Source: Thermoproteota archaeon (GTDB taxonomy: Archaea > Korarchaeota > Korarchaeia > Korarchaeales > Korarchaeaceae). From it: 64,000 bases of DNA. Positions 19,450 to 28,355 of the stretch are shown piece after piece; position 1 is the first letter of the stretch; each line of letters starts with the position of its first letter. Made by a program: the position numbers and the translations under genes. The notes beneath the pieces are model-generated. The model ran no database searches and was not told where the DNA came from. It saw nothing but the letters and a program-made list of their open reading frames with translations. Location: contig JAOZGC010000002.1 of the NCBI GenBank assembly GCA_027491915.1, positions 480,001-544,000 on the forward strand, read 5' to 3'.

Positions 19450-19974
19450 GTGGGGGTGTCCTTCCTGCGTATCGGGAGGGCGGCCGCGCTCGCCCTGTCC
19501 GCCGCCGGCGTCCTCCAGGCGGCAGCGGCCGCGGGCGCGGCCCACTATGGATCCGTCGTCGCGGCCGAGGTCGGGGCCGCCGCCTCCGACCTCGCGGCGG
19601 AGCTGGACGGGCTCGAGGGGACCCTCGCCTCAGCCCGGTCCGGGCTGGATCGGGCCTCCTCAGGACTCAGGGGTGGGGCGGCCAGCCTGGAGAGGCTGGC
19701 TGGGGAGCTGGAGTCCGTGGAGATAATGGGATACAGGCCGCTGTCCGGGGCGGCGGCCGACCTCAGGTCCCTGGCCTCCAACCTCTCCGCGACGGCCGAG
19801 GGCATATCCTCCGTGAGCCTGCCCGACGTCTCCGGGCTGAGGGCCCGGTTGGCCGGGATATCCGAGGTCGTCTCCTCGGCCGAGGCGGCCCTGAATCTGC
19901 TGGCCGCCTCCCTGGGGCTCGGGGGGGTCGGCCTCGCGCTGGCCGGCGCGGCCCTCTACCGGCTATCCGACTGA
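19450..19974 (+). CDS. Hypothetical membrane protein (two TM ends flanking an Ala/Ser/Leu helical region)
   Basis: Genome-typical codon use; TTTTAT about 25 nt upstream; hydrophobic N- and C-termini. Confidence 0.6.
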   Translation: MGVSFLRIGRAAALALSAAGVLQAAAAAGAAHYGSVVAAEVGAAASDLAAELDGLEGTLASARSGLDRASSGLRGGAASLERLAGELESVEIMGYRPLSGAAADLRSLASNLSATAEGISSVSLPDVSGLRARLAGISEVVSSAEAALNLLAASLGLGGVGLALAGAALYRLSD

Positions 19975-20813
19975 CGCAGGACCCTCGGAATCCCCAGATC
20001 GCCGGGCCTCACCCTGACGTCCCTGGGCCTGGCCGCCAGGACGAACCCGGAGAGGCGCCTCCCCGGCGTCGGAGAGAAATCCACGTCCTCGAACTCGGTC
20101 CACAGGATGGCCATCAACCCGGCCAGGTCCCAGAAGCGGACGTGGTGGATGGCGGGTCCCCTACCGGACAGCAGGTCCACCGCGGCCCTCCTGTAGCTCC
20201 CCCTGAGGTGATCGTACCCCAGGTGGGCCGTGACCAGGAGCCTCCCCGGGCCCACGTCCTCGGCCAGCAGCCTCTCGTACCTCCCGGGCCTGAGGATCCC
20301 CTCCACCCTGTCCTGCTCCTGCACCACGAACAGCCCGTCTCTGGACAGGGACTCCGCGACCGACGCCGCCAGCCTCACCAGGTCCCAGGCGTCGAAGTGG
20401 GGGGTGGAGTGACCGTAGAGGAGCGCCACGTCGAACTCGCCCCCGAGAGAGTGGACGTCGACGGCGTCCACCTCGGCCGTGGAGATCTCCAGGCCGAGCT
20501 CTTCCCTCGCGAATCTCCGGGCCTTCTCCAGGTCTTCCCCCCTCAGATCGACGGCGGTCAGCTCCACCCGGGCCCCCCTACCCAGTAGGACCCTGGCCAG
20601 GGCGACGCCGCCGATCCCCGTCCCCGAGCACAGGTCGAGCAGCCTCACCCTCCCCCGGCCGACCGCCTCTCGGAGCCAAGCGTGATCAACCAGGGATTCG
20701 AGCAGCCCGACCGCCTCCCTGTATCTGGCCCTGCCGGCCTCGGACCACGGATCCATGGGCCAGATCCCCAGGGAGTAGAGTTCCCGGAGCGAGTCGGCCC
20801 TGTCTCTCCCCAT
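19956..20813 (-). CDS. Class I SAM-dependent methyltransferase
   Basis: LLDLCSGTGIG motif I, AVD, and FDVALLYGHSTPHF. Confidence 0.85.
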   Translation of the reverse strand: MGRDRADSLRELYSLGIWPMDPWSEAGRARYREAVGLLESLVDHAWLREAVGRGRVRLLDLCSGTGIGGVALARVLLGRGARVELTAVDLRGEDLEKARRFAREELGLEISTAEVDAVDVHSLGGEFDVALLYGHSTPHFDAWDLVRLAASVAESLSRDGLFVVQEQDRVEGILRPGRYERLLAEDVGPGRLLVTAHLGYDHLRGSYRRAAVDLLSGRGPAIHHVRFWDLAGLMAILWTEFEDVDFSPTPGRRLSGFVLAARPRDVRVRPGDLGIPRVLRQSDSR

Positions 20814-20855
20814 CCGCGGAGGGCGGGGGCTCACCCCCCTTAAAAGGGGGGCGGG

Positions 20856-21659
20856 TCATCCCCCTGAGTTGAGGGTCGACGCTATCTCCTTGGCCCTCTT
20901 GGTGGCGGCCTCGACGGCCCTCATGAGGGCAGTCCTTATCCCGCTCTCCTCTATGTAGAATATGCCCTCTATGGTGGTGCCCGCCGGGGTGAGCACCATC
21001 TCCTTTATGGTGGCGGGGTGGAGTCCCGTCTCCAGGTACATCTTGGCGGTCCCGAGCACGGTCTGGGCCGAGGAGAGGTAGGCCAGGTCCCTGGGGAGCC
21101 CCACCTTGAGGCCGGCGTATGCCATGGCCTCTATGAGGGTGGCCACGTACGCGGGGCCGCTCCCGCTGAGGGCGGTGACCGCGTCCATGTGCTCCTCGTC
21201 CACCTCCGCGTACGATCCCATCTCGCCCAGGAGCCTCTCCACGATCTCCACGTCCTCGTCCGTCACCCCGGGTCCCCTGCAGTAGGCGGTGAAGGAGGCC
21301 CCGACGGACAGGGCTATGTTGGGCATGGCCCTCACAACCTTGGCCCCTGGGGCCGCGGCGGCCAGCCTCTCCACCGGGACGGCCGCCGCCACAGATATCA
21401 GGATCTTCCCGGCCAGCAGGTCGGCCACCTCGTCCAGGACCTTGACGGCCTTCCCGGGCTTGACCGAGAGGAACACCACCTCCGCCTTCGAGGCCACCTC
21501 CCTGTTGTCCCTCGTGACGGTGACCCCGTGCCTCTCCAGGTCCCTTGCCAGCTCCACCTTCCTCCTGGAGGCGATGACCTCGTACTTCCCGCTGTCGGCC
21601 AGTATCCTGGCTATGGCCGACCCTATCTGACCCGCCCCTATCACGCCGACGCGCATCAT
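20856..21659 (-). CDS. proC: Pyrroline-5-carboxylate reductase
   Basis: IGAGQIG, VRAMPN, TALSGSGPAY and VLTPAGTTIEG motifs. Confidence 0.95.
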   Translation of the reverse strand: MMRVGVIGAGQIGSAIARILADSGKYEVIASRRKVELARDLERHGVTVTRDNREVASKAEVVFLSVKPGKAVKVLDEVADLLAGKILISVAAAVPVERLAAAAPGAKVVRAMPNIALSVGASFTAYCRGPGVTDEDVEIVERLLGEMGSYAEVDEEHMDAVTALSGSGPAYVATLIEAMAYAGLKVGLPRDLAYLSSAQTVLGTAKMYLETGLHPATIKEMVLTPAGTTIEGIFYIEESGIRTALMRAVEAATKRAKEIASTLNSGG

Positions 21660-21747
21660 GCGTCCACCAGACCCGGCCAGCCGTATTTACCCGTTTTCTT
21701 CGACTACCATGGTTAAGAGCTACCCCCGGACCCGGGCGGGGATCGGG

Positions 21748-22104
21748 ATGGTCGAGCCGGTCGTCGGAGCGGCCGAGGAAGTCCCGGAGGAGGACGTCCC
21801 GGGGGCTCCCGGGACCAAGATAAGGTGGCTCCTGTCTCCCGGCGTGGGGGCGCCCAACTTCTCCATGAGGCTCTTCTCCATAGCCCCGGGGGGCAGGATA
21901 CCCGAGCACTCCCACGACTGGGAGCACGAGATATACGTCCTCTCGGGCAGGGGGGTGATAACCATATCCGGCAGGAGGCACGAGGTCGGGCCGGGCACCT
22001 ACGTTCTCATCCCCCCGAACCTGCCCCACGGATACGAGCAGGTGGGACCCGAGGAGCTCAGGTTCCTCTGCCTGATACCGAACAGGGGCGCCGGCGGCAG
22101 GTGA
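21748..22104 (+). CDS. Cupin domain protein
   Basis: APNFSMRLF..PGG..HSHDWEHEIYVLSG..IPPNLPHGY. Confidence 0.9.
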   Translation: MVEPVVGAAEEVPEEDVPGAPGTKIRWLLSPGVGAPNFSMRLFSIAPGGRIPEHSHDWEHEIYVLSGRGVITISGRRHEVGPGTYVLIPPNLPHGYEQVGPEELRFLCLIPNRGAGGR

Positions 22105-22121
22105 GCGGCGGGCCCCGCCCG

Positions 22122-24044
22122 CTACAGTCCCGCCGCGGCCGCCAGGTGGGCGGCCGCCCCGGCTACCAGCAGCCCCCAGGCCAGGGCGGCGAGCTCCAGC
22201 GCAGCGGCGAACCTGCACCCCAGCTCCCGGCACGCGGTCCCGAAGGCTATCACGCACGGCAGCTGTATCGTAGAAGCCAGGCCGAAGGTGACCATCTGGG
22301 CCGGGGTCATGTAGGCCCCTATCCCGCCCTCCCCGGCTGCGACGGCCAGCATCCCCACCGTCAGGTCCTTCTGGAGGAACCCGAAGGCCAGCGGCACGGC
22401 CGCCCCCGCCGGAAGGAGGAGCCAACCCTCCGTCAGGGGCCTGAGCGGCCCGACGACCGCCGACACGAGACCGACCTCCTCGGCCAGCCTGTATCCCATC
22501 CCCCCCAGGAACAGCAGGGGGATGACCACGTAGACGAAATCCCTCATCCTGATCCAGCTCTTCGCGAGAACGTTGGAGGCCATGGGCCTCCTGTAGGGTG
22601 GCAGCTCGAGCAGCAGGGGAGAAGAGGGCTCTCCCAGCAGCAGGGATGAGAGCCTCGTCAGGACCAGTCCCGCCGCCACGGACACCACGTAGACGGCCGC
22701 CGCGTGCCAGGGCCCGGCGTAGGACGCCACCAGACCGAAGATCACGGCGCTCCTGGAGGAGCACGGGATTCCAACCAGTCCCACCGCGGCCCTCATCCTG
22801 CTCCTCCTGGACGGCAGTATCCTGGTGGCCTTCAGGGCGGGCACGCTGCACCCGGCCCCGAGCATCAGGGGTATGGCCGCCTTCCCCGGGAGCCCCAACC
22901 TCCCCATGATCCTCGACAGGCTGAGGACGGTCCTGGGCAGCACGCCCACGTCCTCCAACGCCCCCAGCATCAGGTAGAACAGGAACACGTAGGAGACGGC
23001 TATCCCGACGCCGGCGGCCGTCCCCGTCAGGGCCGCCTCCGCGAGATCCGCCCACCACCCGGCCCCGGCGAGGATCCGGTGGGAGGCGGCCAGGATCAGG
23101 TTCGCCGCCCTCGTCATGATCCCCTGGGCCGCGCCCCCCGCGACCGTCAGCGCGTAGAAGGCCGCCCCCAGGATGCCCAGGTTGACGATCCAACCGTAGG
23201 TCGGGTTGAGGAGCACCCTGTCGGCCCGATCGGACAGGGAGGGTCGCCTCCTCCCGCCGGACACCCTCTCCATCCGGGAGCACCCGGCGGCTACGAGGGC
23301 CGCGTAGCCGTGCCTGGTGAGCATGAGGTCCCTCGCCAGATCCCCGTGGTGCTCCAGGACATCGCGGGGGAGGAGGCCGCCCGCCCTCAGGCCCACCATC
23401 TCGGCGACGTCCTCGTCCCCCTCGAGCAGCCTGATGGCCAGGAACCTGCGGGGGAATCTCGTCCCGGCCGGGAGGGCAGAGGCGACCGACGATATGGCCT
23501 CCTCTATGTGGTCGTCGTACCTCAGCACGATGGGTCTCACCTCCATCGAGGCCGCCCCCATTATCGTGGCCACCAGCCTGGCGAGCCCCCTCCCCGTCAG
23601 CGGATTTATCGGCACCACGGGGACCCCGAGCCTCTTGGCCAGCTCCGCCGGGTCGACGCGTATCCCCTTCCTCTCCGCCTCCTCGACGAAGTTCAGGGCG
23701 ACCACCATCCTGACCCCGGCCTCCCTGAGCTGCAGCGTTAGGTAGAGGGACCTCTCCAGGGAGGTGGCGTCCACCAGGTTCACCACCACGTCGTAGTCCT
23801 CCCGGAGGAGGGCCAACTTGGCGACCCTCTCGTCCTCCGAAGAGTCGGACAGGCTGTACACCCCCGGGGTGTCCAGGATGGATATCTCCAGGTCGTACAC
23901 CCTGGCCGTCGCCTCGGTGACCTCCACCGTCGTCCCGGGGTAGTTGGACGCTATGACCCGACCCCCGGCCAGGGCGTTGAGGAGGCTCGACTTCCCCGCG
24001 TTCGGCTGTCCGAAGAGGATTATCGAGATCCCCGACCGGCTCAG
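22122..24044 (-). CDS. feoB: Ferrous iron transporter FeoB (probable CTG start)
   Basis: The frame upstream of the called start encodes GQPNAGKS (G1) and NYPGTTVE (G2), followed by DTPGVYSL, LEDVG..R, GCSVPA, PCSSR, ELPPY and LPC. Confidence 0.93.
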   Translation of the reverse strand: MSRSGISIILFGQPNAGKSSLLNALAGGRVIASNYPGTTVEVTEATARVYDLEISILDTPGVYSLSDSSEDERVAKLALLREDYDVVVNLVDATSLERSLYLTLQLREAGVRMVVALNFVEEAERKGIRVDPAELAKRLGVPVVPINPLTGRGLARLVATIMGAASMEVRPIVLRYDDHIEEAISSVASALPAGTRFPRRFLAIRLLEGDEDVAEMVGLRAGGLLPRDVLEHHGDLARDLMLTRHGYAALVAAGCSRMERVSGGRRRPSLSDRADRVLLNPTYGWIVNLGILGAAFYALTVAGGAAQGIMTRAANLILAASHRILAGAGWWADLAEAALTGTAAGVGIAVSYVFLFYLMLGALEDVGVLPRTVLSLSRIMGRLGLPGKAAIPLMLGAGCSVPALKATRILPSRRSRMRAAVGLVGIPCSSRSAVIFGLVASYAGPWHAAAVYVVSVAAGLVLTRLSSLLLGEPSSPLLLELPPYRRPMASNVLAKSWIRMRDFVYVVIPLLFLGGMGYRLAEEVGLVSAVVGPLRPLTEGWLLLPAGAAVPLAFGFLQKDLTVGMLAVAAGEGGIGAYMTPAQMVTFGLASTIQLPCVIAFGTACRELGCRFAAALELAALAWGLLVAGAAAHLAAAAGL

Positions 24045-24646
24045 CCCCCACCACCGCCCTCCGGGATCACCAGGATCATGTCGGCCAGCTCCCTGCCCAG
24101 GGCCACCTTCCTCCCGGAGACCTCCACCACGATCCCGTCTCCCAGGTCCTCGGTCACGGAGACCACGGCGCCGGGCGCCAGCCCCATGCCCAGGAGCCTG
24201 GAGAGGATCCTAGAGTCTTGGGCAGATATGGCCACGATCTTGACCGACGATCCCACCCTCACCTCCCCCAGACCGACCGCCCCCTCGGCTAGCCTCACCC
24301 TCTCCCTCATCTTCCCCAGGAGGTCCCCTGGGACCACGTGCTCCAGGACGTGGGCCAGGTCGTGCGCCCGCCCCTCTCGGAACTCCCTCCGGAAGAACTC
24401 CTCTATCGTCCTGTGCCTCTCGTACAGGGAGGCCCCCTCGGCCAGCCCGGGCTCGGTCAGACGGATCCTGTTCCCCCTCCTGAGGATCTTCCCCTCGGAT
24501 TCCAGCTCGCCGAGGATCTCGTCCAGGTCGGCCCCCTCAATTCCCACCTCCTCCGAAAGCTCCCCCTCCCCGACCCACTCCGAGGGACGCCCGCTCTCCA
24601 CCACGTACCTGAGCACGTCCTCCTTGGCCACCCTCAGGCGGTCCAT
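24041..24646 (-). CDS. DtxR-family metalloregulator fused to a C-terminal FeoA domain
   Basis: N-terminal HTH, LTEPG..RHRTIEEFF..LEH; C-terminal RLLGMGLAPG..VALGRELADMILV (FeoA). Confidence 0.85.
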   Translation of the reverse strand: MDRLRVAKEDVLRYVVESGRPSEWVGEGELSEEVGIEGADLDEILGELESEGKILRRGNRIRLTEPGLAEGASLYERHRTIEEFFRREFREGRAHDLAHVLEHVVPGDLLGKMRERVRLAEGAVGLGEVRVGSSVKIVAISAQDSRILSRLLGMGLAPGAVVSVTEDLGDGIVVEVSGRKVALGRELADMILVIPEGGGGG

Positions 24647-25536
24647 CTCCCCCCACCCGGGTCGGGATCATCCCCTATAACGTTTGGGTCCGGGTCTCCG
24701 GAAATCTCCGACCCGCCCGAGGCCAGCGGTATGGAGATCAGTATCATGGCGGCCCCGACCGCCTGCCCCGCGCTCAGTCCCTCCCCGAGGAGGGCGGCGG
24801 CGAGGGCGGAGGCGAAGACGGGCTCGGCCAGGAGTCCCAGGGCGGCGGCCTCTGGGGGTATCCTCGACTGGGCCCACCCCTGGAGGTAGAAGGCCCCGGC
24901 GGTCGCCACCACGGCCGTGTAGACCACGGCGGCCAGCGAGACGGGGTCGGACGGCAGCCTCGTCTCCCCGACCGCGGGGGAGCCGGCGGCCGCCAGCAGG
25001 GCCACCGGGATGGCCTGGCCCAGGGCCAGCCTGGCGGGCCCCTCCGAACCGACGAGCCTGTCCACCGCCACCACCTGCCCGGCCCAGGCGGCGGCGCAGG
25101 CCAGGGTCAGCAGGTCCCCCCAGGATGGGGGTTCCCCTCCGTAGATCCCGGTCAGCAGGGCGAGCCCGGCGACCCCCAGGACTATTCCCAGGACCGCCCG
25201 CCGGTTGGGCTTCCTGCCGAACAGGAGGGCCTCGATGGCGGGAACCATGGGGACGTTGAGCCCGGTTATGAAGGCGGACTTGGTGGCCGAGGTCCCGGTC
25301 AGCCCCTCCAGCTGGAGGGCGAACCCCAGGAAGACCAGGACGCCGGTGCCCATGGATCTGGGGCCGGGCGCCTCTCCCGCGATGGCCCACAGGAGGGGGA
25401 TCGCCAGGGCGAACCTGGCCGCCAGGAAGGGGAGGGGATCCGAGCTCGCGAGGGCCGCCTTCATGGCCGGGAAGGTCCCGCCCCAGGCGGCGGCCACGGC
25501 CAGTATGGCCAGCGTCCCCTTGGCCGACTCGTCCAC
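24634..25536 (-). CDS. DMT/EamA family transporter
   Basis: WGGTFPAMK, RFALA, SAFITGL, GDLLTL and EPVFAS motifs; about 10 TM segments. Confidence 0.9.
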   Translation of the reverse strand: MDESAKGTLAILAVAAAWGGTFPAMKAALASSDPLPFLAARFALAIPLLWAIAGEAPGPRSMGTGVLVFLGFALQLEGLTGTSATKSAFITGLNVPMVPAIEALLFGRKPNRRAVLGIVLGVAGLALLTGIYGGEPPSWGDLLTLACAAAWAGQVVAVDRLVGSEGPARLALGQAIPVALLAAAGSPAVGETRLPSDPVSLAAVVYTAVVATAGAFYLQGWAQSRIPPEAAALGLLAEPVFASALAAALLGEGLSAGQAVGAAMILISIPLASGGSEISGDPDPNVIGDDPDPGGGRWTA

Positions 25537-25581
25537 CCGACCGCCGCCGGGCGCACCGATATAACTCCCCCGTCAAACAAA

Positions 25582-25609
25582 ATTACTAGAACTGTTTAAA
25601 TATTAGTAA
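25582..25609 (+). promoter_or_regulatory. Promoter/operator of the AbrB-PIN pair: TTACTA...TAGTAA inverted repeat flanking TTTAAATA
   Basis: attactagaactgtttaaatattagtaa, directly upstream of ATG 25628. Confidence 0.6.
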
Positions 25610-25627
25610 CCATAATTACATAGTAGA

Positions 25628-25867
25628 ATGATCGGGGGGAGGATCGTCAAGGTCACCAGGAACTACCAGGTCACCATACCGAAGGCCGTCAGGGAGTCCG
25701 CGGGCATCGGTGAGGGGGACTACCTGGAGGTCTCCCTCGACGGGGAAGGCCGCATAGTGATGCGCAAGGTGAGGAGGGATAGGAAGAAACTCAGGCTCGG
25801 GAGGAAGCTGACCCCGGAGGAGATAGAGAAGATCGTCAGGATCGGGCTGGGGGCGAGCCTGGATTGA
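25628..25867 (+). CDS. AbrB/MazE/SpoVT-family antitoxin
   Basis: VKVTRNYQVTIPKAVRE..GIGEGD. Confidence 0.9.
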   Translation: MIGGRIVKVTRNYQVTIPKAVRESAGIGEGDYLEVSLDGEGRIVMRKVRRDRKKLRLGRKLTPEEIEKIVRIGLGASLD

Positions 25868-26286
25868 GGGCCGTGATCGACACCAACGTGCTGGTGTACG
25901 ACACCTTCGAGGACTCCCTCCACCACGAGGGCGCCAGGCGTCTCCTGGACTCGCTGGACCTCTGGGTGATCCCCCTCATAGTCATGTACGAGTACGTCTG
26001 GTTCATGCGGGGGGCCGGAGTCGACCCCCGGGACGTCGCGGGGAAGATAGAGGAGTACGCGTCCCCCGAGAGGGCGAGGGTCAGATCGGCGGGTCTGGAG
26101 GGGATCAGGTGGGCCCTGTCCGCCGTCTTGGGGGAGGGACTCTCCCTGTCGCGGTTCAACGACAAGGTGGTCCTACGGGTCGCGATCTCCGAGGGAACCC
26201 CCCTCGCCTCCTACGACTCGGCCCTCCGGAGGCAGGCCGCGGCGGAGGGGATCCAGGTCCTCCCCCGGACGATCACGGGAACCTGA
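25864..26286 (+). CDS. vapC: PIN-domain (VapC-like) toxin
   Basis: VIDTNVLVY, E, FND and SYD acidic residues; 4-nt overlap with the antitoxin. Confidence 0.88.
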   Translation: MRAVIDTNVLVYDTFEDSLHHEGARRLLDSLDLWVIPLIVMYEYVWFMRGAGVDPRDVAGKIEEYASPERARVRSAGLEGIRWALSAVLGEGLSLSRFNDKVVLRVAISEGTPLASYDSALRRQAAAEGIQVLPRTITGT

Positions 26287-27739
26287 GGACTTCCAGCTCT
26301 CGGAGCCCCGGGTCCCTGCATATGAGGACTCCGCCGCTATCCCTGACGGCCCTGAGGTACTCCACGTGTTCCCTGCCCACCCTGTGCCCCCTCATGAGTA
26401 TGGGTATGCCCGGCGGGTACGGGACCACGTTCTCTGCCGATATCATACCCACGGCGGCGTCCAGTGGGACCCTCTGGGTAACCATCCTCTTGGGCATCCT
26501 CCTGAGGAGGTACGGCTCCATCCTCGGCGGGTCGACGCCTATGGGGGGGACCAGGAGCCTCTTCTCCCCCTCGAGCTCCCTCCCCGAAAGCAGGGAGGCC
26601 ACCGCCCGGGCCGTCCTCTCCGGGGCGTCTCCCGGCAGCTGGAACGTGGCCACGAACAGGAGGGAGTTGTAGTTCGCGGTGTCCGGGACCACCCTCATCC
26701 TCTCCTGGAGCTCCAGGTCGAGCCTGAACCCGGTGACGCCGAAGCCCGTCAGGGCCACCTGGACCTTGGTCAGGTCCACGCCCCCCACCCTGTCCCCCCA
26801 CCTCTCCAGAGCCTCCCCCGGGTCCAGCACGCCGAGCCCCGGGACCTCTTCCCCCAGTCGCGACCTCAGATCCCCAGCCAGGGAGATCACCCTCTCCACC
26901 TCTTCCCTCCCCCTCTCCTCCAGCCTGGCCCTGGCGGCGTCCAGGGAGGCCAGGAGGTGGTAGGAGGGGCTGGTCGTGGTGTAGCCGGAGTAGGCCTCCC
27001 ACATGACCTCCGGGTCTATCCTCCCGTCCCTCCAGTGTATCATCCCGGTCTGCTGGAGGGATCCCCCCTGCTTGTGGGTGCTCTGGATGCTGACGTCCGC
27101 TCCAACCTCCATGGCCGTCTCCGGCAGCCGGTCGCTGAACATGAAGTGGGCCCCCCAGGCCTCGTCCACTATCACCGGGATCTCGTCGTCGAACTCCCTG
27201 ATCGCCCTCACGGTCTCCCTCAGCCTCCCGGACAGTCCCCCGTAGGTTGGATTCGACAGGAGGACGGCGTTGGCCTCCGGATACCTCCTGAGGGTCTCGA
27301 CCACCTCGTCCGGGGTCGGGGGGATGAAGAGCTCGTACTCCGGGTCGTACCCGACCGGGATGAACCTGTACCTTATCCCGAAGTCCTCGCACGCGTTGAG
27401 GACGCTTATGTGAGCGTTCCGGGCTACCACGACCAGGGGGGTCCCGTAGGTGAGGCTCAGGTATCTCATTACGACGTACACGCTTCCCGTAGATCCGTGG
27501 ACGCTGAACAGGGTGTGATCGGCGCCGTAGAGCCTGGCAGCCCTCTCGTGGGCCTCCCTGAATATCCCCGAGTTCTCGGCCAGGGTGCCCCGGATGGACA
27601 GGCTGGCGCTGACGTCCGACCCGTAGACGTCCTCCACCCTGGGGGCCCCTGGGAGGACGGAGGGGGTGCACCACCTCAAGTACTCCCCCACCTCCCCGTT
27701 GAGGAACTCCACGATGGGCGCCCTGCTCCCCCCGGCCAC
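26273..27739 (-). CDS. PLP-dependent Orn/Lys/Arg decarboxylase (fold type I, wingless)
   Basis: HGSTG, RNAHIS, NPTYGG, VDEAWGAH, QSTHKQ (PLP Lys), TTSPSY and PYPPGIP motifs. Confidence 0.9.
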   Translation of the reverse strand: MAGGSRAPIVEFLNGEVGEYLRWCTPSVLPGAPRVEDVYGSDVSASLSIRGTLAENSGIFREAHERAARLYGADHTLFSVHGSTGSVYVVMRYLSLTYGTPLVVVARNAHISVLNACEDFGIRYRFIPVGYDPEYELFIPPTPDEVVETLRRYPEANAVLLSNPTYGGLSGRLRETVRAIREFDDEIPVIVDEAWGAHFMFSDRLPETAMEVGADVSIQSTHKQGGSLQQTGMIHWRDGRIDPEVMWEAYSGYTTTSPSYHLLASLDAARARLEERGREEVERVISLAGDLRSRLGEEVPGLGVLDPGEALERWGDRVGGVDLTKVQVALTGFGVTGFRLDLELQERMRVVPDTANYNSLLFVATFQLPGDAPERTARAVASLLSGRELEGEKRLLVPPIGVDPPRMEPYLLRRMPKRMVTQRVPLDAAVGMISAENVVPYPPGIPILMRGHRVGREHVEYLRAVRDSGGVLICRDPGLRELEVLRFP

Positions 27740-27782
27740 GGGTCGGGGGGCGGCTGCGGGACGTTAAAAAGCGATCCCCGGA

Positions 27783-28355
27783 ATGGGACCCGGTGACCGC
27801 CGCTTGTCCGTCCCCCCCGAGGTCGCGGCGGCCCTCCTCTCGCTGGCCGGGGCCGCGACGAAGGCGGCAGATCAGGTTGAGGACGAGGGACTCTGGTTCC
27901 CGTGGGCCGGGCCTCCGCTGGGCCTGCTCTTCGGGATACTGATGGGCCTGTCCGCCTGGGCCGGGGGGGACTTCTCCGCCCTGGTGACCGCCGTGGCCGT
28001 GGCCGTGACCCTGGCCGGCAAGGTGGACGCCCCATCCCACAGGGTCGGCCTGGCGGCCCTGATGACGCTGGTCCCCCTGGCCCCCGGGGAACCGGACGTC
28101 CCATCGCTGGCCGTCCTCTCCGCGGCCGCCTACCTGGACGAGCCGCTGAGCGACGCGGCCGACAGGGGTGAGGCGCCGGCCGCCGCGGCGGCCCTGATGA
28201 GGGCCAGGCCCGTCCTCAAGGCGGCCCTGGCCCTACTCCTGATCGCCGGGGCCGTCTCCCCCTGGGCCGCCCTCGGGGGGTGGGGATTCGACGCCTGCTA
28301 CCTCGCCGCCGGCAGGCTCCTGGGTCGCGACCGACCCGGCCGCGCCAGGGGTTGA
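27783..28355 (+). CDS. Hypothetical membrane protein
   Basis: Several TM segments carrying charged motifs KAADQVED, GKVD..H, YLDE and FD..Y. The start may lie slightly downstream. Confidence 0.65.
   Translation: MGPGDRRLSVPPEVAAALLSLAGAATKAADQVEDEGLWFPWAGPPLGLLFGILMGLSAWAGGDFSALVTAVAVAVTLAGKVDAPSHRVGLAALMTLVPLAPGEPDVPSLAVLSAAAYLDEPLSDAADRGEAPAAAAALMRARPVLKAALALLLIAGAVSPWAALGGWGFDACYLAAGRLLGRDRPGRARG

Noticed and set aside
20686-24054. 1122-aa minus-strand ORF, and similar long G/R/P-rich ORFs such as 9741-11990, 9215-11026 and 56758-58431
   Set aside because: Shadow frames of real genes; stop codons are rare at this GC content and no motifs are present.
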